Below, piece by piece: positions 29,943 through 39,387 of a stretch of DNA of 49,841 nt (the stretch's first letter is position 1; each line of letters opens with the position of its first letter). Made by a program: the position numbers and the translations under genes. Source of the stretch: Citrobacter phage vB_CfrD_Brooksby; the sequence record OL539443.1. One strand, 5' to 3'. The notes under the pieces are model-generated. The model ran no database searches. It was not told the DNA's origin and saw only the letters and a list, made by a program, of their open reading frames with translations.

Positions 29943-30680
29943 ATGGCTAAGGATTTTCAGGACAAAGCAACCATTGATACTTTTGAGCCGGAAATGGATT
30001 TTCATGAATTGCAACACGGCAGATATTCAGATATTGCGCTGCGTTCAGGTGGTCATTATCAGCCAGTTAGAGAAAACACGTTTTTGAAGGTTAGCGGCAA
30101 CCGTTATGCAGGAAGTAAAACGCCGGACGTTGTGCGCGATTTGTGGGAAACGCCAGATGAAATTGTTGATTATCTTGCTGAACGTTACGGCAAATATGAT
30201 CTTGATGCAGCCGCAACGGAAGATAATAAAAAATGCGATAAGTTTTACAGCAAGGAAACAAACTGCTTAAAGCGTTGGTGGGGTAGCAATAAGCACGTTT
30301 GGTTAAATCCACCATACAGTAATCCAGATCCATTTATCAAAAAAGCAATTGAGCAGATGGAACACGGAAACCAGATTGACATTTTGCTTCCTGCTGATAA
30401 TTCGACGGCATGGTTTAGCGACGCGCAAAAGAATGCGGCGGAAATAATCTGGATTACTGGCGAAACCTGGGAGGATGACGGCAAGGAATATTCCAGAACT
30501 GGCAGGGTAGCGTTTATTTCTGGCCTGACAGGTGAACCAGTACAAGGCAACAATAAAGGAAGCGTGATTTTTATCATGCGCCAACTTAAAGAAGGTGAGC
30601 AACAGCAAACGCATTATGTAAAAATTAGCGACATTTGCCCTTCTGTGAAAAATAAACGAGCAAAAGCGCGGAGTATTTAA
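29943..30680 (+). CDS. dam: phage N6-adenine DNA methyltransferase (Dam family)
   Basis: WETPDEIVDYLAERYGKYDLDAAAT, HVWLNPPYSNPDPFI. Confidence 0.92.
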   Translation: MAKDFQDKATIDTFEPEMDFHELQHGRYSDIALRSGGHYQPVRENTFLKVSGNRYAGSKTPDVVRDLWETPDEIVDYLAERYGKYDLDAAATEDNKKCDKFYSKETNCLKRWWGSNKHVWLNPPYSNPDPFIKKAIEQMEHGNQIDILLPADNSTAWFSDAQKNAAEIIWITGETWEDDGKEYSRTGRVAFISGLTGEPVQGNNKGSVIFIMRQLKEGEQQQTHYVKISDICPSVKNKRAKARSI

Positions 30681-30681
30681 A

Positions 30682-30912
30682 ATGAGCATTAGATTAGCTG
30701 ATAACATGAAGTGGGATCTGTTTGTTGGTATGACAATTCGATTACTTGATAAGCATGGATACAACGCCGACAAAATGGAGTTGATAAACTGCCTGGATAT
30801 GACATTTGACGAAATAAAAGTTGCCCCGCTCTATATGTGGGAAAGAAAAATTGAACACGATCTAATTCAATACAAACGCAGAGAGGGCGCGAGATTTTTT
30901 AATGTGAAATAG
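30682..30912 (+). CDS. hypothetical protein
   Basis: ORF with translational coupling to dam; TAG stop is part of operator 4. Confidence 0.6.
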   Translation: MSIRLADNMKWDLFVGMTIRLLDKHGYNADKMELINCLDMTFDEIKVAPLYMWERKIEHDLIQYKRREGARFFNVK

Positions 30913-30952
30913 CACTTTTTGTTAAAACCCGCTTCGGCGGGTTTTGTATTAT
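30910..30952 (+). promoter_or_regulatory. operator-promoter cassette 4: TAGCACTTTTTGTTA - 22 bp - TATTAT, with terminator AACCCGCTTCGGCGGGTT inside the spacer
   Basis: Direct reading. Confidence 0.7.
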
Positions 30953-30983
30953 GTACTCAACAGGAAACAAGAGGATTGCAAAA

Positions 30984-31148
30984 ATGAAAATCGTAAACGT
31001 TGAATACTTCAAAGATGCGCAATGGTTGGCTAAAGAATCTTTGTTTATGCTTGAGCGCAAAAACCCAAAAATTATTGCACAAATACTTTGGAATGATGCA
31101 ATGGAGTTACTTAAAAAGGCTTACGGTTATGAAAGTGACAAAAGGTAA
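30984..31148 (+). CDS. hypothetical protein
   Basis: ATG at 30984 with GAGG upstream. Confidence 0.55.
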   Translation: MKIVNVEYFKDAQWLAKESLFMLERKNPKIIAQILWNDAMELLKKAYGYESDKR

Positions 31149-31371
31149 AAAGGAAACTTGGGAGCTTGCAAAAAAAGGCGGTCTTGATAAAGGGATCGCC
31201 AAAATAGCGGAGTATTTCGACATTAAAGACGTGTGCGTTATTGTCGGTGATGAAATGGCGTATGTTGATGAAAAGCCGCGACGTGTTCACCGTGTTCCAG
31301 CCATACCGACAACAATCGACTATAAAGCAGTTATTAACAAAACCAAAGATCAAAAGAAATATTACAAATGA
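31129..31371 (+). CDS. hypothetical protein
   Basis: Overlapping start MKVTKGKKETWELAKKGG. Confidence 0.5.
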   Translation: MKVTKGKKETWELAKKGGLDKGIAKIAEYFDIKDVCVIVGDEMAYVDEKPRRVHRVPAIPTTIDYKAVINKTKDQKKYYK

Positions 31372-31442
31372 GATACATTTCTGTTATTTTGTTGCCGCAT
31401 GTTATCGCTTGGGTTATTATGTACGCCGTTGTTATGAATTAA
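31368..31442 (+). CDS. candidate 24-aa membrane miniprotein MRYISVILLPHVIAWVIMYAVVMN
   Basis: ATGA overlap with upstream ORF; fully hydrophobic; below ORF track cutoff. Confidence 0.4.
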   Translation: MRYISVILLPHVIAWVIMYAVVMN

Positions 31443-31454
31443 GAGGATGTTAAA

Positions 31455-32570
31455 ATGAGTTTAAAAAAGATTACCGACGAGCAATTGATCGCTGAACGTG
31501 AGGCGGGTTTAAAACTGCGTGAGATTGCGGAAAAATACGGAATGAGCTTGCGCCAGGTTGAGCACCGCCACAGCAAATTAGCAAAACGTGGCGAGATCTC
31601 AACTATCGGATCACCTGGATTTGCGGTAATTGGCGAGTCAAAGTTAGTTGATAAAAACGGCAATACTAAACTAACCTGGATTAAGACGCACAAAGATAAA
31701 AACCAGTTAGAGGCAATAATGCAAGCGGCTATGGCTGCATTTTCTGACGAGTTGCCACGCCTTGAACCACAGCCGGAAAAGATTACTGACTATTCGAAAA
31801 CCCTTGCGCTATATCCGATCTTTGATATTCACATTGGCGCAATGGCTCATAAGCATGAAAGCGGTGAGAATTACGACACGGCAACGGCGGAAAACGTCAT
31901 GAATGAGTTTTTCGATTATGCAGTTGATAAAGCGCCGAATAGCGAAAAGGCTGTATTGCTGATTGGTGGTGATATGATTCACAGCGACGGATTAGAAGCC
32001 GTCACACCTGCAAGCGGTCACGTTCTGGATCAAGATAGCCGTTACGCAAAACTTGTTTATGTTGCTATCCGTGCCACGCGTAGAGCAGTAAGCCGGATGC
32101 TTGAAAAGCATAAAGAAGTTGAGATCCAGATCATTGAGGGTAATCACGACCAATCAGGAATGATCTGGCTACGTGCTGCAATGGCTGCGGCGTATGAGAA
32201 TGAGCCACGCGTAAATGTTGATGTTTCTCCGCGCGTTGTGCATCACACGCAATACGGAAAAACCTTCCTTGCTTATCATCACGGTCACACAGTGCGCAAG
32301 CCTGAAACGCTAATGATGATGTGTGCGGCAGATTGGCGTGAAGATTTCGGAATCTCAACGAGCATGTATGCTCATGTTGGGCATTGGCATCACCAAACCG
32401 TCACAGAAACGAGTTTAGGCATTGTTGAAGTGCATAGCACTATGGCAGCAAAAGACGCTTACGCCGCGCGTGGTGGCTGGCGTTCACGTCGCAGAGCGGC
32501 GGTAATTATTTACGATAAGGAATATGGAGAAATAGGGCGCTTTATGTTTTACCCTGAAATGATTGCTTAA
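31455..32570 (+). CDS. calcineurin-like metallophosphoesterase with N-terminal HTH-like region
   Basis: DIHIG, GGDMIHSD, EGNHDQ, HHGH, HVGHWHHQ metal-binding motifs. Confidence 0.88.
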   Translation: MSLKKITDEQLIAEREAGLKLREIAEKYGMSLRQVEHRHSKLAKRGEISTIGSPGFAVIGESKLVDKNGNTKLTWIKTHKDKNQLEAIMQAAMAAFSDELPRLEPQPEKITDYSKTLALYPIFDIHIGAMAHKHESGENYDTATAENVMNEFFDYAVDKAPNSEKAVLLIGGDMIHSDGLEAVTPASGHVLDQDSRYAKLVYVAIRATRRAVSRMLEKHKEVEIQIIEGNHDQSGMIWLRAAMAAAYENEPRVNVDVSPRVVHHTQYGKTFLAYHHGHTVRKPETLMMMCAADWREDFGISTSMYAHVGHWHHQTVTETSLGIVEVHSTMAAKDAYAARGGWRSRRRAAVIIYDKEYGEIGRFMFYPEMIA

Positions 32571-32583
32571 TTAAATTATCAAG

Positions 32584-32612
32584 AAAAAGGCTGGCTAAGT
32601 GCTGGCCTTTTT
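32584..32612 (+). terminator. putative terminator before the lysis genes
   Basis: imperfect AAAGGCTGGC-TAAGT-GCTGGCCTTTTTTT. Confidence 0.6.
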
Positions 32613-32681
32613 TTGTTTTTGTGGTTAACATATTCACACTAAATTTGGCATTGACATTTTAATTTAATTGAGGATCAGATC

Positions 32682-32906
32682 ATGAGGGACTTTCTTTTAA
32701 TGGCTCAAAACTCTTTCGGAGGTGCAACGGTAGTTGGCTCTTTTACTGGTGAGTTTTTGCTTGCACTGGCTACGTTTATTTTGTTTGCTATTTTTGGCTG
32801 TTGGGGCGCATGGCTGAAATGGCGTGATAGTAAAGCGATCCGAGAGGCTTTAGATTCAGGGGATTTAAAAACAGCGCTTAATCTACGGCAGAAAGAGAGG
32901 GTGTAA
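32682..32906 (+). CDS. putative holin
   Basis: Small protein with hydrophobic segment ([23 protein letters not shown]), directly before endolysin. Confidence 0.7.
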   Translation: MRDFLLMAQNSFGGATVVGSFTGEFLLALATFILFAIFGCWGAWLKWRDSKAIREALDSGDLKTALNLRQKERV

Positions 32907-33397
32907 TGACAATCAAGAAAGGTATAGCCGCCACCGTCACAGGGGCGGCTTTAATGTTGGCGTCGCCTTTGATTGAAGAAATTGAGGGCGTAAAGTATAA
33001 GCCTTACAAGGATATTGCTGGAATCTGGACGGTATGCCACGGCATAACCGGAAAGGATGTGATTCTTGGAAAGGAATATACCAGGCGAGAATGTGACGCG
33101 CTATTAGCAAAACACATGAAAGTTGCGGCTGACGCTGTTGATAAAGCGGTTAAGGTTGAAATTCCTTTATCAATGCGAGCGGCTCTATACTCATTTACTT
33201 TTAATGCTGGTACTGGTGCGTTTCGTAAGTCAACCATGCTGAAAAAGATCAACAATGGTGATCTATGGGGAGGTTGTGGCGAGCTATGGAACTGGACATA
33301 TTACAGGAACCCTAAAACTGGTAAAAAGGAAAAATCAAGAGGATTGAAGAACCGCCGCGCCGTCGAATATAAATATTGCGTAAGGGATCTTAAATGA
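32906..33397 (+). CDS. endolysin, GH24 lysozyme with N-terminal signal-anchor (SAR type)
   Basis: [18 protein letters not shown] then E-8aa-D-5aa-T catalytic triad ([16 protein letters not shown]). Confidence 0.88.
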   Translation: MTIKKGIAATVTGAALMLASPLIEEIEGVKYKPYKDIAGIWTVCHGITGKDVILGKEYTRRECDALLAKHMKVAADAVDKAVKVEIPLSMRAALYSFTFNAGTGAFRKSTMLKKINNGDLWGGCGELWNWTYYRNPKTGKKEKSRGLKNRRAVEYKYCVRDLK

Positions 33398-33783
33398 AAA
33401 AGAAATTAATGGCTGTTTTGATGTGCGTTATGCTTTCCGGTTGTTCTGCGTCGAGCTTGTTACCTGGCCTGATTGGTAGCAAGCCCGATATAACAGCACA
33501 GGCAGGATCTGAAAATGTGAAACAAACTGTTGGTGTAACTGCAAAGCAGGATACATCAAGCAAGCAGGAAACCACATTTAAAGAATCGGCTGTTGGAAAG
33601 GTTGACACGTCGAATAAAAAACAGGTGAGCACTTCAAGCATTAAGGCAGATAACATCACAGCTGAAAGAATAGAGATCCGAAATAATGATGGTCTTAATG
33701 TTCCGGCAATCGCAATTGGTATATTGATGTTTATTGCGGGTATGCTGGCAGGGTGGGCACTTAAACGTAACAAGGCGGCATAA
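33394..33783 (+). CDS. unimolecular spanin-like protein (lipoprotein signal plus C-terminal TM)
   Basis: [13 protein letters not shown] lipobox, C-terminal [25 protein letters not shown]. Confidence 0.72.
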   Translation: MKKKLMAVLMCVMLSGCSASSLLPGLIGSKPDITAQAGSENVKQTVGVTAKQDTSSKQETTFKESAVGKVDTSNKKQVSTSSIKADNITAERIEIRNNDGLNVPAIAIGILMFIAGMLAGWALKRNKAA

Positions 33784-33794
33784 GCCGCCTTTTC
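33772..33794 (+). terminator. terminator at end of lysis operon
   Basis: AAGGCGGC-ATAA-GCCGCCTT then TTCTTTT. Confidence 0.8.
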
Positions 33795-33796
33795 TT

Positions 33797-34021
33797 TTAA
33801 AAAATATTGTTCATTAAGTCTTGGAAACTATTACCGCTATAATCCTTTTCCTCAATAATGTGAGCGCCTTTCTTTTTTATATCCCACAACATCTTATCAT
33901 ATTCGGAATGGTTAATGCCAAAAGTGCTACCATCATCAACATATGCGGTTCCTTTGTTATTGAAAACGTCGAATGTAACATTAACAACGCGAGTGGTTTT
34001 GATGGAATATTTTAATGACAT
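33797..34021 (-). CDS. hypothetical protein
   Basis: RBS AAAGGAAA and cassette at 34055-34097. Confidence 0.65.
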   Translation of the reverse strand: MSLKYSIKTTRVVNVTFDVFNNKGTAYVDDGSTFGINHSEYDKMLWDIKKKGAHIIEEKDYSGNSFQDLMNNIF

Positions 34022-34054
34022 TTTGAATTTCCTTTTGTTCGTTTCGATGAAACA

Positions 34055-34097
34055 ACTATACCCGATACAAGATCGGGTGTTTTAACAAAAAGTGCTA
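34055..34097 (-). promoter_or_regulatory. operator-promoter cassette 5: TAGCACTTTTTGTTA - 22 bp - TATAGT
   Basis: Complement strand; palindrome 34083-34097; ACCCGAT/ATCGGGT arms in spacer. Confidence 0.75.
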
Positions 34098-34292
34098 TTC
34101 GAATTTTCTTACGTGAATAAGCAATTCACCATCATGATTTGTCAGTTGATGCTCTTGATCCCCAAACGCTCGCATATCACTGTAAAGCAACAGCATTAAC
34201 GCATATACAAAATCATCATGCGGAATTTGCATTGCTGAACTTTCTTTCAAAATAAGATCTATCAAATGCTGGCTTGCTGAATAATTCTTCAT
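34095..34292 (-). CDS. hypothetical protein
   Basis: ORF; 3' end overlaps operator 5. Confidence 0.5.
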   Translation of the reverse strand: MKNYSASQHLIDLILKESSAMQIPHDDFVYALMLLLYSDMRAFGDQEHQLTNHDGELLIHVRKFE

Positions 34293-34608
34293 CGCTCATT
34301 TTCTCAATGTTCATCATTTCTGAAATGTACACATTTTTATCACCTTCCAGGCTATGTAACTCAAAATTGAAAGGGCGTTTAATTTTGTTCTTACACCAGT
34401 ATTCAAGATTAATTCCGTCCAAATATCCAAAACCCATAAGGCGAGAAATAAACTCTTTACTCACACTTGATGCGAAATAGCGGGGCGTTACCCCCGCATT
34501 TTTGGCGAGCCTTTCACATTCACGGTGAAGGAATATAAATCTTGCAAACTCTTGGCGATTGAATTTCTCTCGAGACTCGCAAAAGCGATACAGATCTAAT
34601 AAGAACAT
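34216..34608 (-). CDS. hypothetical protein with replisome-like region
   Basis: ORF overlapping 34596-36191 start of downstream reading order. Confidence 0.6.
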   Translation of the reverse strand: MFLLDLYRFCESREKFNRQEFARFIFLHRECERLAKNAGVTPRYFASSVSKEFISRLMGFGYLDGINLEYWCKNKIKRPFNFELHSLEGDKNVYISEMMNIEKMSDEELFSKPAFDRSYFERKFSNANSA

Positions 34609-36191
34609 GATTGCCCCATTAACGCCGGATTGACATAAACAAATTTACCCACGCTGCAAACATAATTCTTTTCTTCAAGCATTGGCAATAATTGTTCCTC
34701 AATTCGTTTCATCACGCCTGATTGACCTGTAAACGGCTTAACCTTACGCGCACTTTCATAGATAGCTCTTGCATTGGTAACGCCTTTATTTTGACGTGAG
34801 ATCTTAATGATTATTTCAATTAACTTGCTCATTTCGGCATCATCGCCAGCGTGACCGGAAGCATTCGCGGCGTTGATATATGTTTTGCTTAATTCGCTGA
34901 ACATCACCAAAGCCTCTTGCATTGTCTCAACTTCAATTTCTCGCGACTTTTGCGGCGTACCGTTTGGATTAAACCAATTGCGGATCGTGTGCAATACTGA
35001 CGCAATGCGAATCACTTGTTTATCCATTTTACCCAAAGCACCACGCAACATTGTATGTGAATATTTTCCGCCGTCTGCTAAATCCGGCTCTAATTGCTGG
35101 CGAGCAATATTAAGAACACGCATTGCAGAACGTGACGGCTTCAATACAACATTTTGCTCAGTCATGATGTTATGAATCAACTGGAAATATTGCGCCTTTA
35201 ATTCTTTATCAACTGGCGTGTAATCAAGATCACCATTTTCATCAATAAATACACGCTCGCCTAACATTGTTTTTTCACGCACAAGCAAGAAACGTTCACT
35301 AACACCGATACCCCGCGCCCCTGCATCCATGATCCCTTTTATCGTTTCATCCTGGGCAATTACGCTCATGCAGCCCAACGCAACAAAACTCATATTGTTT
35401 TCAGAATTGGCGCGAGCTATTGAAACGTGTCCTGCGTCCCATGCTTTTAGAACCAATTCGCTGTTAGTCTTGCGATCACTATTAGCGTAAGTCAATCCGA
35501 GTAAGCTGTTGATGCTTGTTGCTTCATCGGAAATGACAGCAAAGTTACCCTGGCGATTGTTGATCTTTGCTAACCCTTCCGGCGTGGTGTCTGATACCGG
35601 AAAAACGATATCGCACATTTTTTCTAACTTTTCCTCTAATTCCTCCTTTTCCTCAAACAGCGCCGCTAACTCAGTGCCGGAACGTTCAGCTTTCAATTCC
35701 TTTTCAACGCCTTTTAATTTCGCTGCGATCTTCTTTCGCTCTTTCTTGCGTTGTTCGTTGATTCGCTCAACTTCACAGACCATTGGCGCAATAGCCAGGC
35801 TGTTGATTGCTGATTTACCAGTTGATGGCGGCTGACTGGTTACAACATAAAGCGCCGTTGGTTGTTCAGTGCCGTGGTACTCAACTTGGAAGCGTCCAAC
35901 CATAGCGGCGGAAACGCAACCAATGAAATGCATATAGGCCGATGATTCAGGAAATTGAACAGATTGCGCAATGCTACGTGACAGTTTACCCACAACATCA
36001 ACATCATTACCCAAAGAGATCACAGGATAACGGTCATTAGCGCCGTTGATATCCTTTACAGGTTCCCAAAAGCTGGACGATTGGCGGTAGCCGTTCGACT
36101 GAATAGCAACGCGAAGCGGCGATGTTCCCTGCGATTCTGCAATGGCTATAACTTGTTGAGGTGTCAATTTGTTGGTGTCAAAGTCAAACAT
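34596..36191 (-). CDS. DUF3987-like ATPase/primase-helicase accessory protein
   Basis: VTSQPPSTGKSAINSLAIAPM P-loop-like, SDTTPEGLAKINNRQGNFAVISDEATSI, GISERFL-type motif (GIGVSERFLLVREKT). Confidence 0.78.
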   Translation of the reverse strand: MFDFDTNKLTPQQVIAIAESQGTSPLRVAIQSNGYRQSSSFWEPVKDINGANDRYPVISLGNDVDVVGKLSRSIAQSVQFPESSAYMHFIGCVSAAMVGRFQVEYHGTEQPTALYVVTSQPPSTGKSAINSLAIAPMVCEVERINEQRKKERKKIAAKLKGVEKELKAERSGTELAALFEEKEELEEKLEKMCDIVFPVSDTTPEGLAKINNRQGNFAVISDEATSINSLLGLTYANSDRKTNSELVLKAWDAGHVSIARANSENNMSFVALGCMSVIAQDETIKGIMDAGARGIGVSERFLLVREKTMLGERVFIDENGDLDYTPVDKELKAQYFQLIHNIMTEQNVVLKPSRSAMRVLNIARQQLEPDLADGGKYSHTMLRGALGKMDKQVIRIASVLHTIRNWFNPNGTPQKSREIEVETMQEALVMFSELSKTYINAANASGHAGDDAEMSKLIEIIIKISRQNKGVTNARAIYESARKVKPFTGQSGVMKRIEEQLLPMLEEKNYVCSVGKFVYVNPALMGQSCSY

Positions 36192-36218
36192 CTAAAAATC
36201 TCCTTCTTGTTGCCGCTA

Positions 36219-36261
36219 ATTATAACGGCAACATTCTACAGCCTTTTAGCAATTCGTGCTA
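36219..36261 (-). promoter_or_regulatory. operator-promoter cassette 6: TAGCACGAATTGCTA - 22 bp - TATAAT
   Basis: Complement; -10 in the loop of GTTGCCG...CGGCAAC. Confidence 0.8.
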
Positions 36262-36507
36262 TTTGATCGGCTCAACCCTGGCTAATAACTTTCCGTCTAT
36301 AATGCTATGACATTCAAGAGTTTTAGGATCGAATGCAAGCGAACGATGGAACGTATGACCAATCAGCAAATATAAATGCTTATCCCTGATGCGATAGACC
36401 GTTTCACCTTCCTTTAATGAGGATATCGCACTGAAAACAACCTTGTAACGGTATTTTTGCATAGCCTCAGAGCGGTGAGGAATGTAATCTTTTTCCGGTA
36501 AACTCAT
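36259..36507 (-). CDS. hypothetical small protein
   Basis: TAG stop shared with operator 6. Confidence 0.6.
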   Translation of the reverse strand: MSLPEKDYIPHRSEAMQKYRYKVVFSAISSLKEGETVYRIRDKHLYLLIGHTFHRSLAFDPKTLECHSIIDGKLLARVEPIK

Positions 36508-36866
36508 GAGTATTTAGCCTCAAACAGATAAGCACCGCCAGCGGCTGAAAATCCAACTTCTTCACGATACAGCGTGAAACGGTCGCCGTTTTCGTCGAAC
36601 ACATATCCAGCAACAGCACCTAACACGCGGCCTTGTTCTATCTGATAACGCTTATCGGCTTTGAAAGTTTTCTTGATCTGCATGGAGTGATTTACCCATG
36701 TGCATTTAATGGTTTTGGTCTTAACATTTCGGAATGTTAATCCTGTTAAGTTGGCGTGAATCCATTTTTCATCTAACTTAACGAAAGTATCATTATTTTC
36801 GTCTACCCGCGCTTTGTATAGGCGGTTATCAGATCCGATAAGTTTGATTGATTTGAATTTAGCCAT
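36504..36866 (-). CDS. hypothetical protein
   Basis: ORF directly downstream of cassette 7. Confidence 0.6.
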   Translation of the reverse strand: MAKFKSIKLIGSDNRLYKARVDENNDTFVKLDEKWIHANLTGLTFRNVKTKTIKCTWVNHSMQIKKTFKADKRYQIEQGRVLGAVAGYVFDENGDRFTLYREEVGFSAAGGAYLFEAKYS

Positions 36867-36898
36867 TTGATTTATCTCCTTTTGTTTTCGTTGAAAGC

Positions 36899-36941
36899 AT
36901 TATGCCGGATACGTGATCCGGCGTTTTAACAAAAAGTGCTA
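36899..36941 (-). promoter_or_regulatory. operator-promoter cassette 7: TAGCACTTTTTGTTA - 22 bp - CATAAT
   Basis: Complement; GCCGGAT/ATCCGGC arms between palindrome and -10. Confidence 0.8.
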
Positions 36942-37718
36942 TTTCTGATTTGCCAGGCATACAGCAAGCGCAAAGCCGCGCGGAGTGAGTGAGCGTATCA
37001 GCTTTGTTCGCTTAGACTTTCCGCCGAGCTTTTGCCAGCCTGGATTGTTGTTCCCTGTTGGCAATACTGCGTTTGTATCCGGCATCACAAAGCCGTTACC
37101 AGTCCAAAGACAAGTTTTTTTGGTGTACGCATCGCGAGCGGGAATGATTTCAGGAAAGTGAGGATGTTTATCATCTTCCGGCAACAGACCGCCAAACGCG
37201 CAAGGATGAAAGATAAAATCAGGTTGCCGCCACATCGACGATAGGACGCTAACGGGATTCTCGATCATGTATGGCACGTTGAACCAATCCGCGATTTCAG
37301 CCGCAATCTTGCATGTTGAAACGGCCTTATCCTGGAATAGCGGATCACGTTCACGCTTTGCCGCAAAGTGACGCGAACCGCTAACAGCTAAATCAGTGCA
37401 TGGAGGAAATGCAATCACAAAATCAGGATTGCCGTAAACCTCATTACGAGCCTTAAAGCTGAAATCTGAATCAATCCAAACGTTTACATACTCAATGTTG
37501 GGATGACTTACGCGCACTGAATGGTAATCACCATGATCGGCATCATCATAATTGAAACAGATTACTTTGTGACCACGTTCAGCCCACGGCAACGCATCAT
37601 AACCTGAACCGCTAAAAAGAGAAAAAACTAACATACTTAAATCCTTTGTGTATGGCCTTGTGAGGCGTTTTGTTTGTGGTGTCGCAACTGTATTGGCTAC
37701 GGCCTGAAATCGCGCCAT
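36939..37718 (-). CDS. C5-cytosine methyltransferase-like protein
   Basis: LFSGSGYDALPWAERGHKVICFN (motif I-like), FPPCTDLAVSG (motif IV PPC), MIENP (motif VI-like). Confidence 0.7.
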   Translation of the reverse strand: MARFQAVANTVATPQTKRLTRPYTKDLSMLVFSLFSGSGYDALPWAERGHKVICFNYDDADHGDYHSVRVSHPNIEYVNVWIDSDFSFKARNEVYGNPDFVIAFPPCTDLAVSGSRHFAAKRERDPLFQDKAVSTCKIAAEIADWFNVPYMIENPVSVLSSMWRQPDFIFHPCAFGGLLPEDDKHPHFPEIIPARDAYTKKTCLWTGNGFVMPDTNAVLPTGNNNPGWQKLGGKSKRTKLIRSLTPRGFALAVCLANQK

Positions 37719-37831
37719 AATGCGAAACAGGCCGCTATTTTTTACTTACAGAATGGGCATGTTGTTTTATCCCCGCTTCCGCCGTGTTTTGGACAGCAAA
37801 TTTTTTCGATAGGTGTCATTTTAAATACTCC

Positions 37832-38074
37832 TTAGAATGGGAAACAACGCTTGCAAGATTGGTCGAAGTTACAACCGCAATCATTGATTATTGCGTTAGG
37901 ATCAGCAAGCATTACGCTACTTTCTTGATCCATATCCATAGCGCCTAATGCGTCATCAAGCGTTATTTCAAGATAGGCGACTTTAAGCGCCCATTCTTTG
38001 TTAAGTCCAGCCGCCTCCGCTTCATGTAGGCGAGCAAAGAAAGCATCTTGAACCATATCAACCCCACTTCTCAA
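37832..38074 (-). CDS. hypothetical protein
   Basis: ORF. Confidence 0.5.
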   Translation of the reverse strand: MRSGVDMVQDAFFARLHEAEAAGLNKEWALKVAYLEITLDDALGAMDMDQESSVMLADPNAIINDCGCNFDQSCKRCFPF

Positions 38075-38279
38075 TAAACATGCTCATTTCGTCAATCATC
38101 GCGTAAGCATCGCTTTCAGTCATGCGACGGATTTTTCCGCCTGGGTGTTCGCCAACAGCGTAACCAGTTTTTACGCGGGTAATCGTTAACTGATGGAATC
38201 CAGAAGCGCGATCCATTTTCAAAACTACTTTTCCGTGAGCTTTGACAATGTTCATGATGGATTCAGTTTTCAGTTTCAT
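38058..38279 (-). CDS. hypothetical protein
   Basis: ORF downstream of cassette 8. Confidence 0.55.
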   Translation of the reverse strand: MKLKTESIMNIVKAHGKVVLKMDRASGFHQLTITRVKTGYAVGEHPGGKIRRMTESDAYAMIDEMSMFIEKWG

Positions 38280-38310
38280 TTTTGATTCTCCATTTTGTTT
38301 GTGTGAAAGT

Positions 38311-38353
38311 ATGATACCAATCAGAGCGATATGGTTTTTAGCAATTCGTGCTA
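38311..38353 (-). promoter_or_regulatory. operator-promoter cassette 8: TAGCACGAATTGCTA - 22 bp - TATCAT
   Basis: Complement strand. Confidence 0.75.
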
Positions 38354-38505
38354 TTTACAGCAATAAACGGATATCCTGTTAAATCTGCATTTCTATAACG
38401 TGCAGACCTAACCCAAAAGACGCATTTGCTCATAATTAAAGCGTTTTTATGACGCAGGTTCACGCGGTAAATTCTTCCGGTTTTTATGTTTTTGAAATAT
38501 GTCAT
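38338..38505 (-). CDS. 55-aa hypothetical protein ending in ...PFIAVNSTNC (operator encoded)
   Basis: MTYFKNIKTGRIYRVNLRHKNALIMSKCVFWVRSARYRNADLTGYPFIAVNSTNC; not in ORF track. Confidence 0.55.
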   Translation of the reverse strand: MTYFKNIKTGRIYRVNLRHKNALIMSKCVFWVRSARYRNADLTGYPFIAVNSTNC

Positions 38506-38699
38506 AGATACGTGATCCTATCTTCTGTTACCCACTCGCAACGCTGGTGCTCAATTGTTTTGCCATATTTTTTATTAATATGATCGCTGTTGTAATCTTC
38601 AAACGCTTGCAACGCATTTGCTAAATTATTAGCAGTTGCAATAAGTGCTTTATCATTCGCGTCAATTCTGCTAACCAAATAACACGCATAACGGATCAT
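38502..38699 (-). CDS. hypothetical protein
   Basis: ORF, overlapping neighbours. Confidence 0.5.
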   Translation of the reverse strand: MIRYACYLVSRIDANDKALIATANNLANALQAFEDYNSDHINKKYGKTIEHQRCEWVTEDRITYL

Positions 38700-38929
38700 A
38701 ATTTAACCTCATGATATTCTATGAATTCTTGCACATATGCGCATTCTCGCGGCGACTCCTGGCCTTTTAGCACTTCACAGCCACCATTAAACAGATAGCA
38801 ATGCTGGCAAAGGTTGCCTCCTGCGTTTTCCTCAGCGATCTGAATTCCGGTACATGAACCGCCACCAAACCTATGAGGAAAATCGTAAGCCTGGCAGCGG
38901 CACGTTGCTTGATGCCGCTTACGTTTCAT
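38696..38929 (-). CDS. Cys/His-rich small protein
   Basis: HQATCRCQAYDFPHRF...CQHCYLFNGGCEVLKG...CAYVQEF, zinc-binding-like. Confidence 0.55.
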   Translation of the reverse strand: MKRKRHQATCRCQAYDFPHRFGGGSCTGIQIAEENAGGNLCQHCYLFNGGCEVLKGQESPRECAYVQEFIEYHEVKL

Positions 38930-39210
38930 TAAATGTTCTCGCTAATAAACTGTATAACCTGGCGAAGATGTTTTTCATCTTTAATGAATGCTGGCAATTC
39001 TTCCATAACTTCTTTTTTCAGATAAATGTTTGCATTCCATGTGAATGAGCCATCACCATTTACGCGGTAAGAACAAAGCCATTCGCAATCATTATCCGCT
39101 TCCCAAATGCACAGCGTTTCAAATTCTTCAAACTTGTTGTAACCTGTTTCAATGCTTAGCTCAATGCCACGTTTGCCAGCGAAGTTAGTAGTTGTTTTTG
39201 ATACCATCAT
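38929..39210 (-). CDS. hypothetical protein
   Basis: ORF downstream of cassette 9. Confidence 0.55.
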   Translation of the reverse strand: MMVSKTTTNFAGKRGIELSIETGYNKFEEFETLCIWEADNDCEWLCSYRVNGDGSFTWNANIYLKKEVMEELPAFIKDEKHLRQVIQFISENI

Positions 39211-39242
39211 TTTTAAATTCTCCGGTTCGTTTCGATGAATGT

Positions 39243-39285
39243 ATTATGCCAAAACAAACCGGATCGCTTTTAACAAAAAGTGCTA
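39243..39285 (-). promoter_or_regulatory. operator-promoter cassette 9: TAGCACTTTTTGTTA - 22 bp - CATAAT
   Basis: Complement strand. Confidence 0.78.
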
Positions 39286-39387
39286 TTTAGTTGAAATATG
39301 AGTTCCGTTTCGCACGTTTGCCGTCTCCGCCGTAATGGTCATTTGCAACAGCCAGGAGCCACGCATTAGAAATGAAAATCAATCTCA

